A DNA stretch of 64,000 bases from an uncultured Verrucomicrobiae bacterium (GTDB lineage: Bacteria; Verrucomicrobiota; Verrucomicrobiia; Chthoniobacterales; Terrimicrobiaceae). This document shows positions 10,098-20,192 of this stretch, piece after piece; within the stretch, counting starts at the first letter, position 1, and every line of letters starts with the position of its first letter. The translations under genes were made by a program, and so were the position numbers. The notes below the pieces were generated by a model. It saw nothing but the letters and a program-made list of their open reading frames with translations, was not told the origin of the DNA and ran no database searches. The stretch covers positions 96,001-160,000 of the forward strand of contig CAVPOC010000003.1 of assembly GCA_963706955.1 (NCBI GenBank). The letters run 5' to 3'.

Positions 10098-11060
10098 TTA
10101 CTTGTCTTTGAAGTACCAACCCGCGTCGGCCAAATTATCCTTGGTAATCAGCTTGACCGGCGAATCGATCTTTTCCGGGACGCTTTCTCCGTTGAGCTTC
10201 TTTATGAGTGCCTCAACAGCGAGGTAAGCCATGGCCTCGGGATACTGCATGACAGTTCCCGCGAGCGAACCCTGCTTGACGGCCTCAAGGCCATCTGGGA
10301 TGCCATCTACACTCACGACGATTATCTTTCCCGTTGCGCCGGCCGCTTGCACGGCATCCACGACCCCCAGGGCCATGTCGTCGTTGGCGACAAAGATCGC
10401 CTTTAGGGTAGGGTCCCCCTCCAACATTTTCGTCGCGAGCTCGCCGGCCTTTTTGCGATTCCAGTTCGCGGGTTGGCTCGCGACAATATTCAGCCCCCCT
10501 TCTTTGGCGGCGGTGGTGAAACCCGTCACCCGCTCCCTACTGCTGGTCGTGCCTGGGTCCCCTTCGACGATGGCCACATTCGAACCTTTCGGAACCGAAC
10601 TCAACACCAGCTGAGCGTCGAGCATTCCAGCCTCCACATTGTTGGAGGCAATTCTGGCCACGATTTCGATGCCATCTGCCTTCGCCGCATCTTCCGGGAT
10701 CAGCTCGTCGATATTAACAATCGGAAGGTTCTTGCGACTAACCCTGGTCAAAGCGCTGTTGAGGGAGGTCGGCCGAAACGGAGTAACAACGTAACCGTCC
10801 AAACTGCCTTCGTCGAACCAGCTCTGCAGAATGTTGAGCTGTTCCACGTCGGCTTCTTCCTTCGGCGTGCTGCCGAACACCACTTCGACTCCAAGCTTCC
10901 TTTGCGCATAGTCATAGCCTTCCTTCATTCGGAGGAAATATGGATTGGCTAAACTTTTCGTCAGCGCTCCGATCTTATACTTCTTTGTATCTTGCGCGGA
11001 AACGCCATCGGCTAAGATCAACGACATAAGCAAACCAGCGCACAGGGCGAACTTTTTCAT
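10098..11060 (-). CDS. Sugar ABC transporter substrate-binding protein (ribose/allose-binding type), stand-alone
   Basis: Signal peptide MKKFALCAGLL...VSA; LANPYF, ANWNR, ANDDMALG, VDG motifs. Confidence 0.88.
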   Translation of the reverse strand: MKKFALCAGLLMSLILADGVSAQDTKKYKIGALTKSLANPYFLRMKEGYDYAQRKLGVEVVFGSTPKEEADVEQLNILQSWFDEGSLDGYVVTPFRPTSLNSALTRVSRKNLPIVNIDELIPEDAAKADGIEIVARIASNNVEAGMLDAQLVLSSVPKGSNVAIVEGDPGTTSSRERVTGFTTAAKEGGLNIVASQPANWNRKKAGELATKMLEGDPTLKAIFVANDDMALGVVDAVQAAGATGKIIVVSVDGIPDGLEAVKQGSLAGTVMQYPEAMAYLAVEALIKKLNGESVPEKIDSPVKLITKDNLADAGWYFKDK

Positions 11061-11331
11061 AAGTAGGAATAAGGCAATCTCAGGTCGAGCTGCTGCCGAA
11101 GCGCACCGCTGCTTCGTCGGAAAGAGCACCGGGTCTTAGTCGAGGATAGAGATCCGGGAACCAGCGGTGATGGCTGCATAGAGTTCGGCGTGCGATGCCG
11201 AGCAGTGCGCTCATGCGAGCTCTTCAGTCCCCGTGTTCGTTCTCGGAAAGGCATCTCCTGCACTCGGGCGTAAAGGTGTCCTTAGGCTATTTCTAGGATT
11301 GGATGACCTAGAAACGGGCTTGTCGTATGCG

Positions 11332-12381
11332 CTACGTCCTCTTTAGCCACAGGCGGGCGATCCATTTGTCGCGGACGAGCGAGATGGCGATAGCGAGAAT
11401 CATGGTGGCGCCCCAGATGGCTTGAGTCAGATGCGGGCTAAAGCCCAGCAGGTTGAACCCGGTAGAGATCATCTGAAGCAAAATGAGTGACAGAAAAAGT
11501 CCCAGCACCTTGCCAAATCCGCCGTTGGGATCAATTCCTCCAAGCACCGCTGCCAGAATCGTGATCAGCAGGTAGGATTCCGCGTAGCCGGCGCGCGCTG
11601 AGTTGAAGCGCGCCATCATGACCACCGCCGCCACCCAGCAGAGAAGACTCGATAGGACATAAACGCCTACCAACATCCATTCCGTGGCCACGCCTGAGTA
11701 ACGGGTAGCCTTTTCGTTTGAACCGATCATGCGCACCGATACGCCGAAGGGAGCATGGTTCATGATCACAGCAATGAGGATCGCGCAGAGGATGAAAATC
11801 ATCATCGGGACTGGAAATCCGAGCAAGGTGCCATTGCCTAGAAACAGGATCGCGGGCGGAAAACCGCCGATGACTCCGCCGCTGGTGGCAAAGACCGCGA
11901 TCCCTTTGACGGCGGTCATTGTGCCGAGCGTCACCAGGATAGGATGAACGCCCAAAAACGCCACGATTACCCCCGTGATCAGCCCAACGACTAGAGCCGT
12001 CACAAATCCTGTTCCCAAGGCGAGCGCGATCGCCCCCGCCATGACGTGAGCCGGACTCTCGGGCCCAATCATCCTGGTGAGTATGGCCGCCATGACGAGC
12101 GCGGAAAGGTTCGCGGTCGCGATTATCGCAAGATTCAGCCCTCCGCTCATCAGCGGGATCATCATGGCAAGCGCCAGGATCCCGAGTTCGGGCATCTGGA
12201 AGGCCATCGCTCGCAACGTCTCCCCGGAAAGAAATCGCTCCGGCGCCAGTGCACCAAAGCCTATCACGGCCAACACAATGAACGCTCCGAGCAACGTCAC
12301 CGTAGGATCTCTTGCGAGCAGCTCGCTGAAGGAGCTCCTTTTAGCGGACGCCGGCGCAGTAGTGGCGACTTCAGGCGACAT
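11332..12381 (-). CDS. Sugar ABC transporter permease
   Basis: Hydrophobic; SGGLNL, ILVTLGT, IGSNEKATRYSG, AAVLGG motifs. Confidence 0.9.
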   Translation of the reverse strand: MSPEVATTAPASAKRSSFSELLARDPTVTLLGAFIVLAVIGFGALAPERFLSGETLRAMAFQMPELGILALAMMIPLMSGGLNLAIIATANLSALVMAAILTRMIGPESPAHVMAGAIALALGTGFVTALVVGLITGVIVAFLGVHPILVTLGTMTAVKGIAVFATSGGVIGGFPPAILFLGNGTLLGFPVPMMIFILCAILIAVIMNHAPFGVSVRMIGSNEKATRYSGVATEWMLVGVYVLSSLLCWVAAVVMMARFNSARAGYAESYLLITILAAVLGGIDPNGGFGKVLGLFLSLILLQMISTGFNLLGFSPHLTQAIWGATMILAIAISLVRDKWIARLWLKRT

Positions 12382-13349
12382 TTCCAATAGTCCTTTTCTG
12401 CTGGCGCTTGGCCGCCACGGCCGTCGCGCTCACGCTCGCCAAAATGATGATCCCGGTCACAAACCCAAAGGAATAGGAGGAGACTCCCAAGAGGGTGAGA
12501 CCATTTTGCACAATGGCCAATAACACGATGCCCAAGATTGCTCCGGTGACCGTGCCGATGCCTCCTTGGAGGCTAGCCCCCCCTAAAACCACTGCTGCCA
12601 GCACGTCGAGCTCTCGCCCGATAAGTGCATTGGGCACCACTTCCTCGACCCGATGCGCCTGCACCAACCCCGCTATCACCCGCCGTTACTCCCGAGTAGC
12701 CGTAGACAAAGCATTGAAGGCCCAGGATGTTGCAACCCATCCGTTTCGCTCCCTCGAGGTTGCCCCCCAGCCCGTAGATCTGCCGGCCGATCGAGAGCCG
12801 GTTCAGCACGAAGGCGGTGATGATCAAGACGAACGCAGCCACCGCCACCGGAAAGGGGATACCTAACGGCGCAATCGTCGCGGTGAACCAGTCCGGCAAA
12901 TCATAGATGGATTCGCCATCAGTCACAAACATCAGGATCGCAAAGTAGAAGGTCATCGTCGAAATGGTGACGATCACCGACAGCGCCTGAAGGTAGTAGA
13001 TCAGCAAGGCGTTCACGGCGCCGAGCAGTCCTCCGAAAATCGCGGCCAATGCAAAAGCGACCAGCCAATTTCCGCCCATCTGGACAAGGATCGTCGCCAC
13101 CAGATATTGGGTCACCGCGGCAATCGCCGCAAAGGAAATGTCGATGCCGCCGGAGATCAATACCACCAGTAGCCCCGCCGCCATGATGGCCATCACCGAG
13201 TAACTCTCCAGCAGGGTGGTCAAATTACTGACGGATAAAAAGCCCGGAGACAAGGCCGAGAAAAAGATCGCCATCAGCACGACGATGGCTGCAATTTGAA
13301 TTTCGTGCCGGCGAAATGCCTTCTTCAGAAATGATGTATCGTTAGGCAT
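12371..13349 (-). CDS. Sugar ABC transporter permease; frameshift near 12678
   Basis: ORF 12573..13394 (ISGGIDIS, GGNLEGAKRMG) joins ORF 12371..12679 (ELDVLAAVVLGGASL) if one base is removed. Confidence 0.85.
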
Positions 13350-14893
13350 AAATGGCTTCCCGGAGTTGGTTCTCGGTGGTGCGGTTCGGATCATAAGCGC
13401 CGACGATTTTTCCGGAGCGCATGACCAGGATGCGATGGCTTTGATGCAAGACCTCGTCCGCCTCGTCAGAGATAAGGAGAATGGCTAGTCCTCGGGCCGC
13501 GAGCGCATCCACGACCTGAAAGATTCCGGCTTTGGCGCCGATGTCGACGCCCACCGTGGGCGAATCCAAGATGAGCACCTTCGGATCGGTGGCGAGCCAT
13601 TTGGCCAGGACGACTCGCTGTTGGTTGCCGCCCGAGAGCTGTTGGACCGGCCGGTCTGCAGTCTTGGTCTTGACGCGCAGTTCCTTGAAAATCCAATGCT
13701 CGATAGTTTGCGCCCGGCGCGCTCCGTCAATGAGACCGAGCCGCCCCGTCAGCCTGTTCAATACCGAAATAACGGTATTGTCCGCGATGGTTTGTGGCAT
13801 CACCAACCCCAGCGAAAGACGGTCTTCAGAAACGTAGGCGATGCCTTGCGCGGATAGCCTCGCGATTATTGTGAAACTGGACCGGCTTTCCATTGACCCG
13901 AATCTCACCGGAGTCCGGAGGGTTCATTCCAAAAAGCGAAAGGGCGAGCTCGGTGCGTCCCGAGCCCATACGTCCCGTCAGGCCCAGGATTTCGCCAGGC
14001 CGCACTTCGAAGCTAATCCCGGCGTATTGACCCGTACAGCTCAAATCACGCACTTCCAGCGCCGGAGCCGCCTCACTGGAGAAAGGTGGTTTGACGCTGC
14101 TATCGAAGACATGGCCTGTGATGGCCTCGCCCAGCCGGCGCCGATCAAGTTCGCTCACGGGATAGGTTCCAAAATTTCGCCCGTCCCGCATCACCGTTAC
14201 CCGCTCGGCAATATCCATCACCTCGTCGAGCCTGTGACTGACAAAAAGGCTGGCTATCTTCTGGCGCTTCAACTCATGAACCACAGCCAGAAGGCCCTCG
14301 ACCTCCTGGTGGCTTAAGGACGCGGTCGGCTCGTCCATCACGACCAGCCGCGCGTCGGCCGCCAGCGCGCGGCAAATCGCCACCAGTTGGCGCGTGGCAA
14401 TCGGGAGCGTGCCGACAAGTTCATCCAGCGGCAAGGACACCTTGAGCCGATCCATCACTGCCTGGGCTTGCTTGCGCATCACATTCCGGTTGGCCAACCG
14501 GACCGGCGTCTCCACGTGATGCCGAAAGGCGATGTTCTCAGCGACCGTAAGGTTGGGAAACAACGAAAGATCTTGATAGATGATCTGCACGCCAAAACGC
14601 TGGGAGGCGTCGGGGGTCAAGTGGTTGTGCGCCTTGCCCTCCAGAATGATTTGCCCCTCGTCGGGCATGTGAATACCGGAAAGCACCTTGATCAGCGTGC
14701 TCTTGCCACACCCGTTCTCCCCCGCAAGGCTGTGGATCTCCGCGGCATGAATCGAGAGGTTAACGTCCTGTAAGGCGCGCACTCCCCCGAAACGCTTGCT
14801 GATGCCTCGCATCTCGATGAACGGCGTTTCGCCTTTCCCTGCAAGAGGCGTCCCGTTCCCTTGTTTTTGAGGGTTATTCGATCCGTTGGTCAT
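13342..14893 (-). CDS. Two-domain sugar ABC ATPase; frameshift near 13852
   Basis: Walker A GENGCGKST and MDEPT in 13826..14893; LSGGNQQ and LDSPTVGVD in 13342..13908. Confidence 0.88.
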
Positions 14894-15052
14894 GATATAG
14901 CGCTAATGCCCCCGGTTTCCTGGGCGGGTATTCAAACAGGATGCCTGTTAAATATTAGATTTTCGACGAAAAGATCAATCGCAATGCGCGCTTAGATCAT
15001 GGAGCCGAAGGAGAGTTAGTCCCCCGCCCTGACCCTGCACACCAGCCATTGC

Positions 15053-16054
15053 TCACAATCCCATCGCGGCCAACTCTGCGACGGTCTCCTTGTTGATAGG
15101 CTGAACTTTGATCACCCGAATCACTCTCTTTTGAGGATCGACCGTCGCCTTACCCAAACCAGGAAAGTCCATCCCGTCGACGATCGGGGTGCCATCAATC
15201 ACCATCTTCGCCAGCTGGACGATCGCTTTTCCCGCTTCCAAGGGATTCCAAATGTAGCTCTCGCGAATGATCCCCTCATTAATGAGTTTACGAGCTTGGG
15301 AGGGCGAACAGGTGCCGATCACGGCGATCTGGTCCTTCTTACCCGCGTCCTTCACCGCCTGCGCGGCCCCGACCACGCCCGAGCTTCCAAAGACCAGCGC
15401 GCCTTTCAAATTCGGGTGAGCCAGGATGGTGTCCTGGGTGACGCGTTTCGTTTCGTCGAGGCTTTCTCCCGTGCCGAAACGATCTGCGGCCAGCTTCATT
15501 TTTGGATAATGCTCTTTTTGATAGGCGATCGCCGCGTCAGCCCAGGCATTATGCAGCGGAACGGTCAACCCTCCGACGACCACCATGTACTCGCCCTCCT
15601 CGCCCATGTGCTTGGCGAGCTCTTTCATGTACAAGTCGCCGAACTCCTTGTTGTCAATCATCTCGATGTCCCAGGTGTTGCCCTGTTGGTCGGGCGACTC
15701 GTGGGTAATGACGGGAATGCCGGCCTCTTGGGCGCGTTGGAACACCGGTTCCAAGGCTTTCGCATCGTTGGGGACCACTGCGATCAACTTCACTTTCCTC
15801 GCGACCAAATCTTCGACCATTCGAACTTGTTGAGCCGGATCAGCGGTGGTCGGCCCGAGCATGGTAGCATTAAGTCCAGTCTCCTTCCCGGCCTCTTTGA
15901 TGCCTTTGCCCATTGCGGTGAACCAAGGAATGCCGCCAATCTTCACGACCACGGGAACATCGTTGTCGGCGGCGTGGCCGGGAATGGTTACAAAGTGCGT
16001 TATGGACAACAACGAGACGACGGCAAGCTGCTTATAAGAAAGCGATCTAATCAT
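15053..16054 (-). CDS. Sugar ABC substrate-binding protein (LsrB/rhamnose-binding-like class)
   Basis: Signal peptide; KIGGIPWF, GPTTADPAQQ, VVPND, WNP motifs. Confidence 0.85.
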   Translation of the reverse strand: MIRSLSYKQLAVVSLLSITHFVTIPGHAADNDVPVVVKIGGIPWFTAMGKGIKEAGKETGLNATMLGPTTADPAQQVRMVEDLVARKVKLIAVVPNDAKALEPVFQRAQEAGIPVITHESPDQQGNTWDIEMIDNKEFGDLYMKELAKHMGEEGEYMVVVGGLTVPLHNAWADAAIAYQKEHYPKMKLAADRFGTGESLDETKRVTQDTILAHPNLKGALVFGSSGVVGAAQAVKDAGKKDQIAVIGTCSPSQARKLINEGIIRESYIWNPLEAGKAIVQLAKMVIDGTPIVDGMDFPGLGKATVDPQKRVIRVIKVQPINKETVAELAAMGL

Positions 16055-16162
16055 AATTAGGTTTCAACGATGAGGTTTGTTATTCTACAAAGTCCACATT
16101 TTCAATGTGCCTACCAAGATCGAGGCCACACCGGTGGCAGGTCAAGCGCTTCTGCCCAAAAA

Positions 16163-16181
16163 AACTTTACGCCGTAAAGTT
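16163..16181. promoter_or_regulatory. Palindromic operator candidate AACTTTACG-C-CGTAAAGTT
   Basis: Perfect 9-1-9 inverted repeat ~110 bp upstream of the binding-protein gene; second copy at 16777-16793. Confidence 0.7.
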
Positions 16182-16247
16182 AGCTTAGGAGGCAGCTGAG
16201 GGCGGGGTTCTCTTTTACAAACCGCCGCCGCGATCTCCCGCCACTGC

Positions 16248-16700
16248 TCAGGACGGGTTGTCGATAACGCCCATCTTGAACAGGAAACAACCGTAAGGAC
16301 GGAATTCGGAGGTACGCACGACCGCGGCGCCCTTGCTGGCCATTTCATAGAAGGCAAACCGCTCAAGGGCGCCCATCTTCAGCGCGCGCCCTTCAGCCTC
16401 GCGGGCAATGGCGAGGACTTCCTTCTGCATATCAAGGACGCGCTCAGGGTCGTCCACGACGAGCATGCGTGTTACCGGTTCTTCAACGAAGTGGTCAAGC
16501 GGCATCAGGGAAAGAATGGCGCGTGTGGCCTGCGGGATGTTCAAACCAGCCAGTTCAATGAGCCGGCCTGTCGAGGTCTGTTTGGCAACCTGGAGTGCGG
16601 GAAAATTGCGATCGACGAGGACCAGGTCGTCGCCGTGACCCATGGACGCCAGCAGCCATAGAAGATCAGGGCTGATGACGGAGGAAATATTCTTAAGCAT
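16248..16700 (-). CDS. RbsD/FucU family sugar mutarotase/pyranase
   Basis: MLKNI...SPDLL..LASMGHGDDLVLVDRNFP, LERFAFYE, RTSEFRPYG motifs. Confidence 0.92.
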   Translation of the reverse strand: MLKNISSVISPDLLWLLASMGHGDDLVLVDRNFPALQVAKQTSTGRLIELAGLNIPQATRAILSLMPLDHFVEEPVTRMLVVDDPERVLDMQKEVLAIAREAEGRALKMGALERFAFYEMASKGAAVVRTSEFRPYGCFLFKMGVIDNPS

Positions 16701-16776
16701 GCGGTGCCTCTTGGTTAATTCTTCATGCAGAAGATCAGTAGCTCCTCTCTTGCGTCAACAGCATCTCCAAACAATA

Positions 16777-16793
16777 AATTTACGGCGTAAAGT
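16777..16793. promoter_or_regulatory. Second copy of the palindromic operator (TTTACGGCGTAAAGT)
   Basis: Reverse complement matches the site at 16164-16180; ~80 bp upstream of the RbsD/FucU start. Confidence 0.65.
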
Positions 16794-17112
16794 AGCAGGG
16801 GATCTCAACAACATGGGACGGAGACCCCGGAGTTACCCGCTAAAGTGAACGATTTCGTTCCTCTACAACGCCGATCGATTGGGGTTGCGAACGAGGCTAG
16901 AGGACAACATTGAATGGAGTTGCATCGCTGGCTAAGTTTCCAACGTGAGCAAGTGGGGGCCCTTTTGTTTAGCGCACGTCTGTGCTCAAAGACTGCCGTG
17001 CTCGTCCGGGCCGAAGTTAAAGAGTTAATAGATCGGCCAGAGCTCGGTTGGACAAGGCAACATCTTTGAGCTTTGCTCTCGCCATCCTGCTCACCTTGTT
17101 CGCCTTCAAGGG

Positions 17113-18090
17113 CTAAAAACCACTCCGGCCTGACGCGGCAGTGGTGCGGCCAAGGTTCGCCTCAGTAGCGGCGTAATCTTTTTGGGCTACAGCACTCAAG
17201 AGCGCGTCGAGAACGCTGAGCTGCACCAAGCGCGCCGCCGCATTTTCCCCCGCCCAGGGCAGGCTGTCTAAGTTAGCACAGAGCGCCACGTCCGATTCCC
17301 GGCCGAGCGCGGAGTCCGAACGGTTGGTCAATGCGATGAGCTGCGCCCCGTTTTGGCGTGCCTGGCGCGCGGCCTCCACCACCGCGGCCGTCTGGCCCGA
17401 ATGCGAAAAAGCCATCACCACATCCCCGCGTCGCAACAGTGCGGCCGACATCAGCATTAGCTGGCCGTCGTCAAAGACGGAAGCACGCACCCCGATGCGA
17501 AGAAACTGGTGGGCGGCATCCCGGGCCACCTGGCCCGATCCGCCCTCGCCGTAAAAGTCGCGATGGCGGGCCGCGTGCAGGCAATCCGCCGCCCGCTCCA
17601 ACTCTTCGGGGGAGACGCGCGCTAAGCCTTGCTCGAGTGCGCGAACCGAGGCGTGCAAGACCTTCTGTAGCCGGGCGCAAGCTCCCCCAGCGACGCAGAG
17701 CTCCTCGTGCAGATCCGCCTGGGCCAACCGGCTGTGCTCGCGCAAAGCCTCCCGCAATTGACGAAATCCTTCAAAGCCGAGTTTTTTGGCGATTTTAACG
17801 ATCAGGGCTTCCGACACACCAGCCTCCGCGGCGGCGCATTTAAGCAAGGTGTCCTTGTCGGTGACCCTGCGGTGGACCAGGGTGAAGAGCGCGTATGCTT
17901 CCAAGGCTGTTAAACTGGACAAGCGCGCGCGCAGTTGGACCGCTAGGGACGGGGCAGTGGGCGGTGGGGCTTGCTTCGCTCTCCCTGAGCAATATGGAGG
18001 CGTCTCCCGCCGCGCCCAAACGACCCTCATTTCTTTACCCGAAATAGGGCCGGCCGCGTTCGGTGCTTCTAACAACTCGATTTTGCTCAT
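17113..18090 (-). CDS. RpiR/MurR family transcriptional regulator
   Basis: HTH region VSEALIVKIAKKLGFEGF plus SIS domain (YGEGGSG, FSHSGQT, LTN); start uncertain. Confidence 0.88.
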   Translation of the reverse strand: MSKIELLEAPNAAGPISGKEMRVVWARRETPPYCSGRAKQAPPPTAPSLAVQLRARLSSLTALEAYALFTLVHRRVTDKDTLLKCAAAEAGVSEALIVKIAKKLGFEGFRQLREALREHSRLAQADLHEELCVAGGACARLQKVLHASVRALEQGLARVSPEELERAADCLHAARHRDFYGEGGSGQVARDAAHQFLRIGVRASVFDDGQLMLMSAALLRRGDVVMAFSHSGQTAAVVEAARQARQNGAQLIALTNRSDSALGRESDVALCANLDSLPWAGENAAARLVQLSVLDALLSAVAQKDYAATEANLGRTTAASGRSGF

Positions 18091-18143
18091 TCTAGGGGTT
18101 TTTAAATAATCGGCGCGCGGTCAAGATGGGGTTACCGGAGGTG

Positions 18144-19139
18144 TCATGAATTTTCAGAAAGAAATCGCATGACCCGGTCGAATGTGACTGACTTTTTTTG
18201 GTCAACCGGTGTGCTGACAAAAAGCGATGCCGCGGCATTGGCGAAGCGAGTGGCTTCCAAAAGCGATGACCCGTCGACCAATCGGGCGGCGAGCGCGCCG
18301 ATGAACGTATCTCCGGCGCCATGGGTGTCGACTAAACTGACGGCATGAGCTGCCTGGGCGTGAGGCGATTGCCCGCCTTCAACCAGCGCGAGGCCCATCC
18401 CACCGGCCGTGACGATCACATTGCTGATCTGGCTAGACAACTGCGCAGCCGCTTCCCCGGCTGCAGCGAGGCTCCCTACCGCGACGCCGCACATCATCTC
18501 TGCCTCAACGGCATTGACGACCAAAATATCGACGTTCTGAGCCAACAGAGGATCCAGAGGTCGCGTTGGGGCTGCGTTGAAAACCACGCGAGCTCCCTGG
18601 CGTTTGGCAGCCTCGGCGGCTAAGACATTGGCGGCGTCGGGAATTTCGTTTTGCAACACGAGAACACTTGCACGCTGGAGGACTTCGAGCGCGTCGCGAA
18701 TATCCTCCTCGCCGAGCCGCAGATTCGCTCCAGAAACGATGACGGCACCGTAATCGCCTTCGGCATCAATGATGGCCACGCTCATGCCGGAACTCGCGGC
18801 GGGGTCGGTTCGGACGTGCTTCGTGTCAACCTGAAAACTTTGCAGATGACTCAGCAGGCGTTTACCAAAATCGTCATCTCCCACCCGGCCGATCATGAAA
18901 GCCTGCGCCCCAAATTGGGCGGCGGCCACGGCTTGGTTCCCTCCCTTGCCGCCTGCCTTGTAACTCCAGGCACTGCCAGGTAACGTCTCCCCCTTTCTTG
19001 GCCGGTCGGGGGCATTCACCATGATGTCCAGGTGCAGGCTGCCGAGCACCGCAACCGTCGATGACGAAGTTTTTGCTGACACCTGCTCGTCCGAGGTGCG
19101 CGACTGCGCACCCTTTTCCTCGTTGTTTGTGACGCTCAT
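18144..19139 (-). CDS. rbsK: Ribokinase-like PfkB kinase
   Basis: GGKGGNQAVAAA, VGDDDFG, LQNEI, DTHGAGDTFIG motifs; actual substrate unverified. Confidence 0.82.
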   Translation of the reverse strand: MSVTNNEEKGAQSRTSDEQVSAKTSSSTVAVLGSLHLDIMVNAPDRPRKGETLPGSAWSYKAGGKGGNQAVAAAQFGAQAFMIGRVGDDDFGKRLLSHLQSFQVDTKHVRTDPAASSGMSVAIIDAEGDYGAVIVSGANLRLGEEDIRDALEVLQRASVLVLQNEIPDAANVLAAEAAKRQGARVVFNAAPTRPLDPLLAQNVDILVVNAVEAEMMCGVAVGSLAAAGEAAAQLSSQISNVIVTAGGMGLALVEGGQSPHAQAAHAVSLVDTHGAGDTFIGALAARLVDGSSLLEATRFANAAASLFVSTPVDQKKSVTFDRVMRFLSENS

Positions 19140-19339
19140 AATTTTTTGCAACGCTTTTTTCCGAGCAAGCCTTTCGCTATTCAATGGACGGTATTTTCGC
19201 TGGAGGGTGATTACGCCTTAGCCTACGGACCCAGCACACTCTGACCCGCTTAACCGTTCTCATTCGGCTTAAAGGAGGGTTCCACCTGCCCGCAGGCGCA
19301 CGATTGCCGGCTCGCGTGAGGCCACGTCCGTAGGGGCTT

Positions 19340-20092
19340 CTAATGGATGAACATGCCGCCGTTGACATCGATGGTCGCACCGGTGACAAAGGAGGATAGG
19401 TCCGAGGCCAAGAACAAGAAGATGTTTGCGATCTCTGTGGGGCTCGCAATGCGTCCCATCGGGATGGTGCTCAAAATTTTGTCAAAGATCTCCTGACTCA
19501 TCAGATCGCCGCGGATCTCCGTATCGACCATTCCGGGGGCGACTGCATTCACCCGAATGCCTTTGGGCGCAAGCTCGCGGGCCATGTCCTTAGTCAAACC
19601 AAGCATGCCGGCTTTGGCCGCAGAGTAATGCGGCCCGCCAAAAAAGCCACCGCCCGTTAGCGCGGAAACCGAGGAGGTGGAAGCAATCGAGCCTCGGCCA
19701 CGGCTGATCATGTGGGGAATAAAGGCCTGAGAGAGATACAACATGCCCCTCAAATTGACATCGAGAACCGCGTCGTAGTTTTGAGGTTGAATGCCCATGA
19801 TGCGGATGGGCTGCGTGATACCTGCATTATTGATCAAAATATCCACGCCGCCGAAATCCTTGATTATTTGCTGCGCCACGCTCTCGCATTGATCCTTCTT
19901 AGTCACGTCGCATACATAGCCGCGGTGGGCGTCTCCGATGGCAGCCGCAACCCGCTGCGGTTCTTGCCGTTCAAGGTCCAGGAGCGCGACGGCCGCCCCA
20001 TGTTCCGCAAAAAGCTGCGCCGTCGCCAGGCCGATACCCTTCTGCGTCGCCGCACCTGAAATCACCGCGACTCGATCTTGTAATAGTTTCAT
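19340..20092 (-). CDS. SDR family oxidoreductase
   Basis: ISGAATQKGIG, NNAGI, catalytic YSAAK; GGAGGAG RBS upstream of MKLLQDR. Confidence 0.92.
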   Translation of the reverse strand: MKLLQDRVAVISGAATQKGIGLATAQLFAEHGAAVALLDLERQEPQRVAAAIGDAHRGYVCDVTKKDQCESVAQQIIKDFGGVDILINNAGITQPIRIMGIQPQNYDAVLDVNLRGMLYLSQAFIPHMISRGRGSIASTSSVSALTGGGFFGGPHYSAAKAGMLGLTKDMARELAPKGIRVNAVAPGMVDTEIRGDLMSQEIFDKILSTIPMGRIASPTEIANIFLFLASDLSSFVTGATIDVNGGMFIH

Positions 20093-20192
20093 TAGTTTCC
20101 TTTCTCCTCCATTTTGCATTTTAAAAGTTATCTCGTGCTGGCAAGCGCGGCTGACCACAGCGCCGTGCTCCTGTCGTAGCCGCACCGGCGCC

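Noticed and set aside
12660..13870. Programmed ribosomal frameshifting in the ABC genes
   Set aside because: No slippery heptamer or stimulatory structure seen; similar indels occur throughout unrelated genes
11332..16700. AI-2 quorum-sensing (lsr) uptake operon
   Set aside because: The binding protein is LsrB-class, but lsrK, lsrF, lsrG and lsrR are absent; context favours sugar catabolism
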